From positions 331,847 through 395,846 of the forward strand of contig CAZEQZ010000001.1 in NCBI GenBank assembly GCA_964514595.1: a stretch of 64,000 nucleotides of DNA. The letters run 5' to 3'. This DNA is from an uncultured Candidatus Saccharibacteria bacterium (GTDB lineage Bacteria > Patescibacteriota > Dojkabacteria > SC72). Below are positions 18,750-28,475 of the stretch, one piece after another (positions within the stretch are counted from its first letter, which is position 1; each line of letters begins with the position of its first letter). The notes beneath the pieces are model-generated. The model searched no databases. It was not told where the DNA came from and saw nothing but the letters and a program-made list of their open reading frames with translations. The position numbers were made by a program, and so were the translations under genes.

Positions 18750-20135
18750 ATGCACTCATTAAAAGATAGAAAAGTTCTGATATTTGGTCTTGGTTTAAAT
18801 GATGGTGGATTGGGTATGGCAGAGTATTTCCTAAAGCATGGCGCATTAGTTACCATAACTGATTTAAGAACAAAAGAACAACTATCTCCAATATTAGGGA
18901 AGTTAGAAAAGTATAAGGAGCAAATAACGCTACACTTAGGAGAGCATAGAGAAGAAGATTTTCTAAATAATGATATTATTGTTAGAAATCCTGCTGTTAA
19001 ACCAAATAGTGAATATCTACAAATAGCCCAAAAAGCGGGGAAACAGATTGAAATGGAGATGAGTCTTTTTCACAGACTCTCACCCTGCCCTATCATAGGA
19101 ATAACTGGGACAAGGGGGAAGTCCACAACAACTTCTTTAATATATGAATTTCTGAAGAAAAAATACGGAGGAAAAATATTTTTGGGAGGAAACATAGGAA
19201 GAAGTGCTATAAGAGAGGTGGATACTCTAACCAAGGATAATATTGCTGTTTTGGAAATATCTAGCTTTCATCTAGATGGTATGGGAGCAAATAAAGTATC
19301 ACCACATATTGCTGTTGTTACAAATATGTACATAGATCATCAAGATTGGCACGGTAGTATGGAAGAGTATATAAATGCAAAGAAGAACATATATAGATAT
19401 CAAGGGAATGATGATTATTTGGTTGTAAATATCGACAATGATATTACGAAAGAATTTGTGAAGGATTGTAAGTCCAATATTATCACCTACTCACTTAAAG
19501 ATACCCCTGCAAACTACTATATGGATGATAATATGCAGATATATTTAAATGGTGTACCTATACTAAAGCTTCAGTCGAAAGATGTAGCTTTAAAAGGAGA
19601 ACATAACATGTATAACATACTTTCTGCCATAGCTACAGCGAAAATATATGACATTAGTAATGAAGATATAGAGGAAGTCTTAAAAGATTTCAAAGGTGTA
19701 CCTGGAAGGCAAGAGCTTGTTAGAGAGCTTAATGGTGTTAAATTCTATAACGATACTACAGCAACCTCTGTAGAGGCTGTTAAAGCTATGTTTGAGAGAT
19801 TTTCAAAAGATTTCAGTGGGAAGATTATTATGATAGCAGGTGGCGTGGATAAAGGACTTGATTATTCATTGCTTGTAGACAATATGAAAGAACATCTAAA
19901 AGGTTTGGTACTTCTTGAAGGTACAGCCTCTGAGAGGATAAATGACTTAATGGGTGATTTTGATAATACGCATAAGTATTTTAATAATATGGAAAGTGCA
20001 GTTAAGAAGGCATATGAGTTAGCAAAAGATGGAGACATGGTAATACTGTGTCCAAGTGCTTCAAGTTTTAATATGTTCTTGAATGAATTTGATAGAGGTG
20101 ATCAGTATGTAAAGTATGTTAATTTGTTAAAATAA
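18750..20135 (+). CDS. murD: UDP-N-acetylmuramoylalanine--D-glutamate ligase
   Basis: N-terminal KVLIFGLGLNDGGLGMA Rossmann-like domain. P-loop GITGTRGKSTTT. LEISSFHLD and DHQDWHG motifs. Start placed at the internal ATG at 18750 (MHSLKDRK) because the longer ORF overlaps the divergent giant gene. Confidence 0.8.
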   Translation: MHSLKDRKVLIFGLGLNDGGLGMAEYFLKHGALVTITDLRTKEQLSPILGKLEKYKEQITLHLGEHREEDFLNNDIIVRNPAVKPNSEYLQIAQKAGKQIEMEMSLFHRLSPCPIIGITGTRGKSTTTSLIYEFLKKKYGGKIFLGGNIGRSAIREVDTLTKDNIAVLEISSFHLDGMGANKVSPHIAVVTNMYIDHQDWHGSMEEYINAKKNIYRYQGNDDYLVVNIDNDITKEFVKDCKSNIITYSLKDTPANYYMDDNMQIYLNGVPILKLQSKDVALKGEHNMYNILSAIATAKIYDISNEDIEEVLKDFKGVPGRQELVRELNGVKFYNDTTATSVEAVKAMFERFSKDFSGKIIMIAGGVDKGLDYSLLVDNMKEHLKGLVLLEGTASERINDLMGDFDNTHKYFNNMESAVKKAYELAKDGDMVILCPSASSFNMFLNEFDRGDQYVKYVNLLK

Positions 20136-20139
20136 TTAT

Positions 20140-21480
20140 ATGATAGATATACAAGGATTGAAGAAGGTTCATTTTATAGGCATCACCTCCGCTTTTTGTA
20201 GCTTCTGTGCTAACTATCTCATAGAGAAAGGGGTTAAAGTCACTGCATCGGAAGTTAATCAACAATCAGAGGATGCAAAAAAATGGATAGAGAGAGGTGT
20301 CTTGTATGAGGGTGGTCATAGTGGAAAATATATAACAGATGATTTGGATTTAGTTGTTCTTCCCACAGGTCCTATTCCAGGTAATCCAGAGTGTGTAGTT
20401 GCAGAAAGAAAGAATATTCCAACTATTCCAGTAGCTAAATTAACGGGAATAATTAGTAAAGAGTTTAAGACAATTGCCATAGCAGGTACACATGGGAAAA
20501 CAACCACATGTGCTTTAACTGTATGGATGTTATATAAGGCGTTAGGCTCTCTCCCAAACTTTGTTATAGGAGATCACATATTAGATATAGATAGATCATG
20601 GAACTACAATCCCGAGAATGAGTATTTTGTAGTAGAGGCATGCGAATACAAGAAACAATTTCTAGATAGAGCCCCTACTCCATATATTTCTGTCATAACA
20701 AATATTGAATTAGATCATACAGACTTCTTTAAATCGCAAGAGCAGTATAATGATGCTTTTGTGGAGTTTGTATCAAATACCACAAAAGCTTTGGTAGTCG
20801 ATACAAAGGGGAATAATATAGAAAATATTTTAAGAAAGATTAAGGAATACAACATAGAGATAGTTGATGTTGCTAATCTAAAGGATGATTGTTCTAATGT
20901 CACAGCGGGTCTCAGAGGTGATTATAACAAACAGAACGTACTAAGGGCATGTGGTGTAGCAGAATACTTAAAGTTAAATGTTGATATAGAGGATTTCCCA
21001 GGAGTAGCTTCAAGATTTGAATTTAAGGGTTCTACCATTAATGGTATGTCAGTATATCTTGACTATGCACACAATCCCACAAAGGTGAAGGCATGCTTGA
21101 GAGCTACGAGAGAGAGCTTCCCAGATAAAAAAATAATATTTGTGTGGCAACCGCATAGTTTTGAAAGGACATACTCTTTCAAAGATCAATTTGCAAAGAG
21201 TCTTGACGATACAGATATTTTATATATCCCCAATATTTTCGCACCCAACCGAGAGGAGAGAAGATATAAAGAATTAATAACTGAGGAAGAATTTGTAGAT
21301 TATCTTAAAGAGAAGAACCCTTCTAAAGAAATACTTTATACAAAGGATTTCGAAAATACCGCATCGCTACTCTTGGATAAAAAGTATAACTCTGATTATA
21401 TCTGTGTATTAGCCAGTGCAGGAGATTTGTATAAAATACTTCCCAGCTTGAAATTAGAAGATAATAAAGATGAAATATAG
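20140..21480 (+). CDS. Mur ligase of MurC/Mpl type (UDP-MurNAc--L-alanine ligase or murein-peptide ligase)
   Basis: N-terminal VHFIGI... domain. P-loop AIAGTHGKTTTC. EACEYKKQFL (EADESD-like) and DYAHNP motifs characteristic of MurC/Mpl. Confidence 0.7.
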   Translation: MIDIQGLKKVHFIGITSAFCSFCANYLIEKGVKVTASEVNQQSEDAKKWIERGVLYEGGHSGKYITDDLDLVVLPTGPIPGNPECVVAERKNIPTIPVAKLTGIISKEFKTIAIAGTHGKTTTCALTVWMLYKALGSLPNFVIGDHILDIDRSWNYNPENEYFVVEACEYKKQFLDRAPTPYISVITNIELDHTDFFKSQEQYNDAFVEFVSNTTKALVVDTKGNNIENILRKIKEYNIEIVDVANLKDDCSNVTAGLRGDYNKQNVLRACGVAEYLKLNVDIEDFPGVASRFEFKGSTINGMSVYLDYAHNPTKVKACLRATRESFPDKKIIFVWQPHSFERTYSFKDQFAKSLDDTDILYIPNIFAPNREERRYKELITEEEFVDYLKEKNPSKEILYTKDFENTASLLLDKKYNSDYICVLASAGDLYKILPSLKLEDNKDEI

Positions 21481-23056
21481 CGAAATAAAAAAAGTAGTAG
21501 TTATTGGTATTGGAGGACGAGGTGCCTACTACATTGTTAAATTCCTTAATCTTCTAGATATAGTTGTAGAAGGATATGATCTAAAGGAATCAGAAAGAAC
21601 AAAGGAAATAGAGAGTTGGGGTGTAAAGATTAATTATAGGAATCCTCAACCAGGTGAGATATTTGATTGTGATTTTTTCATATATACGAATGACTTACTT
21701 AAAGAATTGCAAGAGCAAATAAAGGAGGACAATAGCGATAAGGAGGGTTTGGAATTAGGGAAATTCTACAAACAAATCATCAAAGATTTTGAGTCTGGGA
21801 ATATGAATGAGAGTGAGATAAAGGCTTTTAAAGATTCTAACATTGCTCCACTATTTGATATAGATACTTCAAAAATGAGGTATATAGCTATTACAGGTAC
21901 TGATGGGAAGACAACAACCTGTACTATGATCTACCATATGTTGAAAGATAATGGATTTAAACCTGCATTAATAACAACAGTTGCAGCATATATTGGAGAA
22001 GAAGAGATTGCGACTGGTTTGCATACAACGACTCCATCGTCCCAAGAACTATACGATCTTCTAAAACGAATAGAAACAGAGCAATGCACACATGTGATCA
22101 TAGAAGCCACATCTCATGGCTTAGAACAAGGGAGATTAGCAGGGTTAAAGTTTGATACTGTTGGATATACAAACATCACATCAGAGCATTTAGACTACCA
22201 CGGCAATTGGGATAGCTACTGCAATGCCAAAGCACTTCTAATAAAGGATCATCTTAAGGATGGTGGTTTAGTTGTATTAAATAAGGATGATAAATCCTTC
22301 GAAATACTCTCTAAACTTTCAAATAATGTTCTCACCTACTCTATTCTTCAAGTAGCAGATTTTGAAGGAAAAGATATAGAAGAGTTAAAGAATGGAATAA
22401 ATTTCGAGTTGAGAAATAAGGAAGAAACATTTCCTATAACTTTGCCAATTTTAGGGAAATATAATGTTTCTAATTTTCTTTGTTCTGTAGCAGTCTGCGA
22501 AAAAGAAAATATTACGATTGAGAAAATGAAAGATTCAATCATTTCTTTTAAAACAGTTAAAGGAAGAATGGAGATACTTAAAAAAGAACCGTATACCGTA
22601 ATTGTGGACTATGCTCATACCTCCAATGCTGTAGAGAATGCTCTTAAGTCTGCAAGGTTGATGGTGAAAGATGATGGAAAACTTATTCATGTTTTTGGTT
22701 GTGCAGGTAGAAGAGATTTCTATAAAAGACCTGAGATGGGAAGAATCTCAAATGAATTAAGTGATATTACAATATTAACGGCAGAGGATCCTAGATTAGA
22801 GAATTTAGAAGACATAAATGATCAGATAGAGAAAGGTTGGAGAGAGGGCAAGAATAAGAAAGGAAAGTTGTATAGATTTGACTATATGGATAAGAATGTA
22901 GAGGTTAGAAGAGATGCAATTAAAGAAGGTTTAGAATTAGCCAAGGGGAATGATGTTGTAATAATAACAGGAAAAGCTCATGAAGAATCTCTCTGCTTTG
23001 GGCAGATAGAGTATCCATGGAATGATATTGAGGAGAGTAAAAAACTAATAGCATAA
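21470..23056 (+). CDS. Mur ligase, MurE-like central and C-terminal domains with atypical MurC-like N-terminal domain
   Basis: P-loop ITGTDGKTTTC. GLHTTTP, EATSHGLEQGRL, EHLDYHG, DYAHT and TAEDPR motifs resemble MurE (TTP, SSHGL, DHLDYHG, DYAHTPDAL, DNPR). The N-terminus VVVIGIGGRGAYYIV resembles MurC/D. Its start overlaps the upstream gene by 11 nt. Confidence 0.6.
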   Translation: MKYSEIKKVVVIGIGGRGAYYIVKFLNLLDIVVEGYDLKESERTKEIESWGVKINYRNPQPGEIFDCDFFIYTNDLLKELQEQIKEDNSDKEGLELGKFYKQIIKDFESGNMNESEIKAFKDSNIAPLFDIDTSKMRYIAITGTDGKTTTCTMIYHMLKDNGFKPALITTVAAYIGEEEIATGLHTTTPSSQELYDLLKRIETEQCTHVIIEATSHGLEQGRLAGLKFDTVGYTNITSEHLDYHGNWDSYCNAKALLIKDHLKDGGLVVLNKDDKSFEILSKLSNNVLTYSILQVADFEGKDIEELKNGINFELRNKEETFPITLPILGKYNVSNFLCSVAVCEKENITIEKMKDSIISFKTVKGRMEILKKEPYTVIVDYAHTSNAVENALKSARLMVKDDGKLIHVFGCAGRRDFYKRPEMGRISNELSDITILTAEDPRLENLEDINDQIEKGWREGKNKKGKLYRFDYMDKNVEVRRDAIKEGLELAKGNDVVIITGKAHEESLCFGQIEYPWNDIEESKKLIA

Positions 23057-23230
23057 TTTCCAATATTTTAAGAATGGCTTCTTGTATATGCAGATATCTT
23101 AATTAAGTATTGATATTCAGATGTTAGGAGAATTTTGGGGTGTACTTAAACCGAATTCTAATATTATCACTGTAAATCTAATAAATGTAAAGATGTGTTA
23201 GGATATGATGTATGTAATTTTTAAATTTAT

Positions 23231-24412
23231 ATGTTTATGAGATATACAGGAACAGTAGTAAGAGGTATAAGAACCCCTATAATTAAACAAGGGGACGATT
23301 TAATAGATGTAGTGGTCTCTTCTCTCCTTAGGGTTTCAAAGGGAGAAAAGTTCCAATTTAAGAATAGGGATATTGTTGGTATTACAGAGGCTGTAGTATC
23401 AATATGTCAGAATAATTACGTAACTATTGATGAAGTAGTTAAAGATTTAAGGAAGAAGTTTCCAGTGGATGAGATTGGCATAGTTTTTCCAATACTTAGT
23501 AGAAACAGATTCTCTTTGATTCTTCATGCAATAACTAAAGCATTTAAGAAGGTTCATATACTCTTTAGTTATCCAGCAGATGAGGTAGGAAATCATTTGA
23601 TGAATGTAGATAAAATGGAGAAGCTAGGTGTTAATCCATATTCCCACTCTTTTGGTGAGCAAAAGTATAGAAAACTATTTGGGAAGAAAGTTAAACACGA
23701 ATTTACTGGTATGGACTATGTCGAATACTATAAAAGTATAGGGAATGGGAATGTAGTTGCACATTTTTCTAATGATCCAAAATATATACTCAAATACACG
23801 AAGAATGTGTTAGCATGTGATATACATACTCGGGAAAGAACAAAAAGAATTTTGAAAGTGAATGGAGGCAAATTGGTGTACGGTTTGGATGATATATGTT
23901 CAAGAAAAAGTAGTAAAAGAGGTTATAACAAGGAGTATGGTCTGTTAGGTTCTAATAGAATGGGAGAAGATAGGTTAAAACTTTTCCCGAGAGATGGAGA
24001 TGAATTTGTTAGGAATGTACAGAAGAGATTAAAAAAGGAGACAGGAAGGGATATAGAGGTGTTAATATATGGGGATGGTGCCTTTAAGGATCCTGTCGGA
24101 AAGATTTGGGAATTAGCAGATCCAGTTGTATCTCCAGGCTTCACAGATGGTTTAAAAGGAAGACCTAAAGAGATTAAACTTAAATATGTATCGGAGAATT
24201 GGAATAAAGAGGGGAAGCTGGATGATTATGTAAAGCAGATGATAAAGGAGAAGAATACAGAGAAATATGTCGTAGAGAAGTCATTAGGTACTACACCAAG
24301 ACAACTGACTGATTTACTTGGTAGTCTTTGTGATTTAACTAGTGGTAGTGGAGATAAAGGTACGCCTGTTGTTTTAATACAGGGGTATTTTGATGATTAT
24401 ACTGTAGAATAG
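23231..24412 (+). CDS. CofE-family (F420-0:gamma-glutamyl ligase-like) amide-bond ligase homolog
   Basis: N-terminal IRTPIIKQGDDLIDVV...IVGITEAVVS matches the CofE/FbiB N-terminal pattern. The later block EVLIYGDGAFKDPVGKIWELADPVVSPG matches the CofE C-terminal pattern. Longer (393 aa) than canonical CofE. Confidence 0.45.
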   Translation: MFMRYTGTVVRGIRTPIIKQGDDLIDVVVSSLLRVSKGEKFQFKNRDIVGITEAVVSICQNNYVTIDEVVKDLRKKFPVDEIGIVFPILSRNRFSLILHAITKAFKKVHILFSYPADEVGNHLMNVDKMEKLGVNPYSHSFGEQKYRKLFGKKVKHEFTGMDYVEYYKSIGNGNVVAHFSNDPKYILKYTKNVLACDIHTRERTKRILKVNGGKLVYGLDDICSRKSSKRGYNKEYGLLGSNRMGEDRLKLFPRDGDEFVRNVQKRLKKETGRDIEVLIYGDGAFKDPVGKIWELADPVVSPGFTDGLKGRPKEIKLKYVSENWNKEGKLDDYVKQMIKEKNTEKYVVEKSLGTTPRQLTDLLGSLCDLTSGSGDKGTPVVLIQGYFDDYTVE

Positions 24413-24919
24413 TTATATCTTCCTACTATCATAGGCCCAATGTAATACAGCTTGTCTCTGTTTCTTTCTACAATCCAAATCCAGTGGTATACAGTTTTTC
24501 TGTATCCCAGCTATATGTCTCTTTATAGCCCTCCATCTTTTAATCTGTCTTTCATCCTCTGGTGGTATTCTTCTTCCCATATAATATCTACAATACCATT
24601 GAAACCATCCTCTTGGATCTTCGTGATGTATCCAACCTTTCTGTCTCCAATACGATAGCGGCATACTAGCGTCTACCTTGAAAAAGTTAAGGGATATGTC
24701 TTTCTTTCGTGGAGATAGTTTAGCGTTAGTAAACCAATCCTTAGGGAATTCTTTAATACAATCAGTCATATACTTCCCACCAAATACTCCTAGTTCCAAC
24801 ATCTGTTTAGGAGTAAGTTCTGGTTCAAATTCAGGATCAAAATTTTTGCCAACAAGCTCTATGAGGTAATATACATAATTGCTTTGCATCTTATCATTTA
24901 CAATAACCTTTTTGTTCAT
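24413..24919 (-). CDS. Conserved hypothetical protein (Trp/Arg-rich), translationally coupled to the LD-carboxypeptidase gene
   Basis: Start chosen at the internal ATG that overlaps the upstream stop by 1 nt (TAATG). Distinctive conserved-looking block GWIHHEDPRGWFQWYCRYYMGRR. Family not identified. Confidence 0.4.
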   Translation of the reverse strand: MNKKVIVNDKMQSNYVYYLIELVGKNFDPEFEPELTPKQMLELGVFGGKYMTDCIKEFPKDWFTNAKLSPRKKDISLNFFKVDASMPLSYWRQKGWIHHEDPRGWFQWYCRYYMGRRIPPEDERQIKRWRAIKRHIAGIQKNCIPLDLDCRKKQRQAVLHWAYDSRKI

Positions 24920-25908
24920 TAATGTTTGGTTATTTTTATACTTGCAGAGGAAGCAGTAAGATCGAGGGTACACTCTCCTCCCACAGGAAAGGTTATCTTA
25001 GGATCTGTGTGACCGAAATCAACATTGGCAACCACAGGTATACCTTCTAGCTCTTTTTTATTCTTTATCATTATTTGTAAATCCTCTTTTGACACCTCAC
25101 TATCCCTCTGGAACCTCCCTATTACAATCCCTTTGACACCAGAAAACCCTTTTTGATGTATTATGGAGTGTAGATCTCTATCAAAATTAGTAGCCCTTGA
25201 TTCGGAATCGTCCTCTAGAAACAGTATGGAATCTTTAAGAGAAGGCATATACTCAGTTCCTTGTATTAGGTTGAAAGTACAGAGATTAGCTCCTAAGATA
25301 GTACCTTTAGTCTTTCCTTCATTTATAACCCAGTATCCATCATTTTTAACATTATTTCTTTCATCTTGGTTTATATACCAAGCATCATCATTCCACTCTT
25401 TGCTTGGCAAAAGATCAAACTCATCATCTTCAAAAAGGCACTTCATAAGATATTCAGGTGTATATGGGTCTAATATTTTCTGTCCAAATGTTGAATAATG
25501 CGGACCAGAGTATGTGACTAACCCGGTTTTAGCATATATTGCATTGTTGAGTGCTGTTATATCAGAAAAGCCGCAGAATATTTTGGGGTTATTTTTAATA
25601 ATATCCCAATCTATGTAGTCGAGTATCTGATTACAGTTAAAGCCACCAATTATTGTAAATATTGCTTTAACACTACTATCTAAAAAGGCCTCATGGAGAT
25701 CAGTTACTCTTGATTCTACCGATGAAGAAACAAAATGGTCTCTTTCTTCTACATTTTTACCAAAGGTCACTCTCAGATCTAGTTTATTTTCGAAGTACTC
25801 CTTCGCATATTTCCTACTATCTTCCCCTATCATGCTCATAGAGCGAGATGGGGCGATGACTCTAATGGTGTAACCTTTTTTTAATTTGTTTGGGTATATT
25901 TTATTCAT
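24919..25908 (-). CDS. ldcA: Muropeptide LD-carboxypeptidase (peptidase S66)
   Basis: S66 nucleophile motif FCGFSDITAL. C-terminal catalytic His in DFGHTDP. N-terminus GYTIRVIAPS. 329 aa. Confidence 0.75.
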   Translation of the reverse strand: MNKIYPNKLKKGYTIRVIAPSRSMSMIGEDSRKYAKEYFENKLDLRVTFGKNVEERDHFVSSSVESRVTDLHEAFLDSSVKAIFTIIGGFNCNQILDYIDWDIIKNNPKIFCGFSDITALNNAIYAKTGLVTYSGPHYSTFGQKILDPYTPEYLMKCLFEDDEFDLLPSKEWNDDAWYINQDERNNVKNDGYWVINEGKTKGTILGANLCTFNLIQGTEYMPSLKDSILFLEDDSESRATNFDRDLHSIIHQKGFSGVKGIVIGRFQRDSEVSKEDLQIMIKNKKELEGIPVVANVDFGHTDPKITFPVGGECTLDLTASSASIKITKH

Positions 25909-26028
25909 AGATATAATGTATCACAGAGATATTGGAAGAGCAAGGTTTATTGAAGAAGTATGCCCCATAGTGATATAATCCATGTTGCCGTCAAATTGCT
26001 CATAAAAACATAAAAAAGGGAGATAGAA

Positions 26029-26289
26029 ATGCAATATGCTGATATTATTGTGATAGAGGATCCGACAGGAAAAATTGTCCTTTGGGACATACTAGAATTT
26101 GAATTAAATCCTAAGGAATTCCTGCGAATATCGGAAGAAGTAAGTAAAATCACGCAATGTAATGAAGAAAAGGAGTATATTTTACTTCTTTGTAATCCTC
26201 CTTTCAATGCAAGGGTTACTATTTGCTCTATAAATAAGAGCGAAGTTCTCTTGAAAGATCTATTCGAGAGAATAAAAAAGATGAACTAG
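26029..26289 (+). CDS. Hypothetical small protein
   Basis: 86-aa ORF with an AGGGAG Shine-Dalgarno 6 nt upstream. A weak hairpin plus T-tract follows at about 26305-26335. Confidence 0.3.
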   Translation: MQYADIIVIEDPTGKIVLWDILEFELNPKEFLRISEEVSKITQCNEEKEYILLLCNPPFNARVTICSINKSEVLLKDLFERIKKMN

Positions 26290-26359
26290 ACGGAACAATA
26301 ATCTGCCCAGGGGTGCTTTAGCACATTTTTAATATAAAGTACCCCTTCAGATTTAAGAA

Positions 26360-26557
26360 TTATGAACTCTTCTTTTGAAAAAACTTTATATACAGTATTG
26401 GTAATATACCTACTGTATTAAATATCAATATACATACAAACCACGACAATTGATTATTCCTAGCAGATTTCCATAATGCTATGGATTTCCAGACCCCTTC
26501 CCATATTGATAGCAATAAGATAAAAGGTATATATCTACTAATTATATCTATATCCAT
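26360..26557 (-). CDS. Small membrane protein, PLD-nuclease N-terminal (PLDc_N)-like
   Basis: 65 aa. Two TM helices with conserved Trp pattern (LSIWEGVWKSIALWKS) and GILPILYIKF, resembling PLDc_N small membrane proteins. Confidence 0.4.
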   Translation of the reverse strand: MDIDIISRYIPFILLLSIWEGVWKSIALWKSARNNQLSWFVCILIFNTVGILPILYIKFFQKKSS

Positions 26558-26574
26558 ATTGTTATATTAACAAT

Positions 26575-27099
26575 TTAAATCTTAGGCGGTGTAACACCAT
26601 CTTGATTAGAATATTTACTCTCCTTACCTCCTACTATCTTTTCACTTAGTTTAGCAAACAGATATGTACCAATCTTCTCACCCTTATGTAATACAATATT
26701 ACAATTTCCTAAATTCTTTATTTCTAATACGGAATTTTCATTATTGAAAGGTATTCCATCTAATACTAATGCTGTAATATGTATAGTCATCCCTACTCTA
26801 GCAAATGTAGATCTACCATCTACCATGGTTATAATGTCCTTGTCTGTCCTTACACTCTGAAGTGTAGAGCCTAAAACAAAATCATTAGGTTTTAAAATAT
26901 ATGGACCCTTAGATAGATCATGTTTGTCATATTTTAATTCTTTTGGCTTCTGAGTATCTACTGTTTGATTAGGTTTAGGTATAAGTAATTCAGGACCTAA
27001 ATTCATAGTTATTCCCTTAGTCTCAATATGTAGTTTTCCTTTTACAATAATCTTCCCCTTTTGTATGTATTTGCTAATTGTTTTATTCGAAAGAAACAT
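26575..27099 (-). CDS. dcd: dCTP deaminase / dUTPase-family protein
   Basis: GRSTFARVGMTIH motif (GRSSLARLG-like) followed by a dUTPase-like beta region. N-terminus ISKYIQKGKII typical of Dcd. 174 aa. Confidence 0.6.
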   Translation of the reverse strand: MFLSNKTISKYIQKGKIIVKGKLHIETKGITMNLGPELLIPKPNQTVDTQKPKELKYDKHDLSKGPYILKPNDFVLGSTLQSVRTDKDIITMVDGRSTFARVGMTIHITALVLDGIPFNNENSVLEIKNLGNCNIVLHKGEKIGTYLFAKLSEKIVGGKESKYSNQDGVTPPKI

Positions 27100-27201
27100 G
27101 GCAATATGTATACACTTAATACATATATATTACATCATATTATAACTAATTCATATATTATTAATTAAGTGATATACTAGAAAAATTTTTAACAAGAATA
27201 T

Positions 27202-27744
27202 ATGGATAAGGTAGAAAAAGCTATATACTTTGCAACAAAAGCACACAATGGGCAAAACAGGAAGATGGAAGATGTAGCGATGATATTTCACCCATTTACT
27301 GTAGGAATGATACTCCAAAGAGCTGGATGTAGCGATGATATTGTCATAGCAGGTCTATTACATGATGTCATAGAGGACACACCGTATACTAAGGAGGATA
27401 TTGAAAAGAGATTCGGAAAAAAGATTGCAAATATTGTAGATGGGGTTTCAGAATCAGATAAAAGCTTACCTTGGAAAGTGAGAAAACAAGAAACTATAGA
27501 TCATGTTAAGGGTTCAAGTATGGAGGAAAAGCTTGTAGAGTGTGCAGATAAAATAAATAATCTAGAGTCAATATATATAGATTTGCAAAGAGAGGGAGAA
27601 GAGGTGTGGAATAAGTTTAAGAGAGGGAGGGAGGATCAGGAGTGGTACCATAGGAATGTTTTGGAGAGTATAGTGGCCAATACAGATGAAAAGCACCCAC
27701 TGTTTAAAAGACAAAAGAAATTAATTAAAATGGTATTTGGTTAA
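27202..27744 (+). CDS. HD-domain (p)ppGpp hydrolase-like small alarmone hydrolase (SpoT/Mesh1-type HD domain)
   Basis: Pattern KAIYFATKAHNGQNRK...HPFTVGMILQ...AGLLHDVIEDT matches the RelA/SpoT HD hydrolase domain. 180 aa. No synthetase domain. Confidence 0.55.
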   Translation: MDKVEKAIYFATKAHNGQNRKMEDVAMIFHPFTVGMILQRAGCSDDIVIAGLLHDVIEDTPYTKEDIEKRFGKKIANIVDGVSESDKSLPWKVRKQETIDHVKGSSMEEKLVECADKINNLESIYIDLQREGEEVWNKFKRGREDQEWYHRNVLESIVANTDEKHPLFKRQKKLIKMVFG

Positions 27745-28418
27745 CCTCCCCTATTCTGTACTCTAAATAGTATATTTCTAAGTAGTGTTTTAATGGATAT
27801 CTTTTTAAAGAAAATATATCCTACTAATGAGAATGGTATCATTACACTAAATACCCTTATGGTGGTTATCAATATATTACTACTTCCTTGCATAACATAT
27901 ACCATTACAACAGCCCAAGGTATCATACATATTACCGTCATAATCATATAAGTAGTGAACTTAATATCTGTTAGTCCAAAAGCATATGATGCAAAATCAT
28001 TCATATAGAAGGTTAAAAATCTTAGTAAAAGATATTTCTTTGTGCTAAGTCCTCTAACAATATCCTCTACAGTATTAACTCCTTCTTTCCCTACAAAAAA
28101 CTTAAGTACAGATTTCCCATATCTTTTTGCAATCAGAAAGTTTGTAATGGATGTAACTAACCATACTAATATCATGTATGCAATAGCTCTTTGGCCAAAC
28201 AGTATAAATCCAGCTACGAATAATACAGAGGTACTTAAGGGAGCAAATATTTGTCCTACTATCTGTATAAGTACGTATAGTATTGGAGCGTATATCCCAG
28301 CTTGCAAAACATACTCTACTACCTCTTCCGTGGTATATATGTTAGAGATGTATAAAAGGGAGAGTATAAGGAATATAGATAATATTATAACTAGTAATCT
28401 TTTATATTTTTTTAACAT
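27741..28418 (-). CDS. DedA/TVP38/TMEM64-family membrane protein
   Basis: Polytopic membrane protein with a core (FAPLSTSVLFVAGFILFGQ...ITNFLIAKRYGKSVLKFF) resembling the SNARE-associated/DedA family. Confidence 0.45.
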   Translation of the reverse strand: MLKKYKRLLVIILSIFLILSLLYISNIYTTEEVVEYVLQAGIYAPILYVLIQIVGQIFAPLSTSVLFVAGFILFGQRAIAYMILVWLVTSITNFLIAKRYGKSVLKFFVGKEGVNTVEDIVRGLSTKKYLLLRFLTFYMNDFASYAFGLTDIKFTTYMIMTVICMIPWAVVMVYVMQGSSNILITTIRVFSVMIPFSLVGYIFFKKISIKTLLRNILFRVQNRGG

Positions 28419-28475
28419 TGAAATATTATGTTAATAATGTACAATCTAAATATATAAATTGTTTAATTATATATT

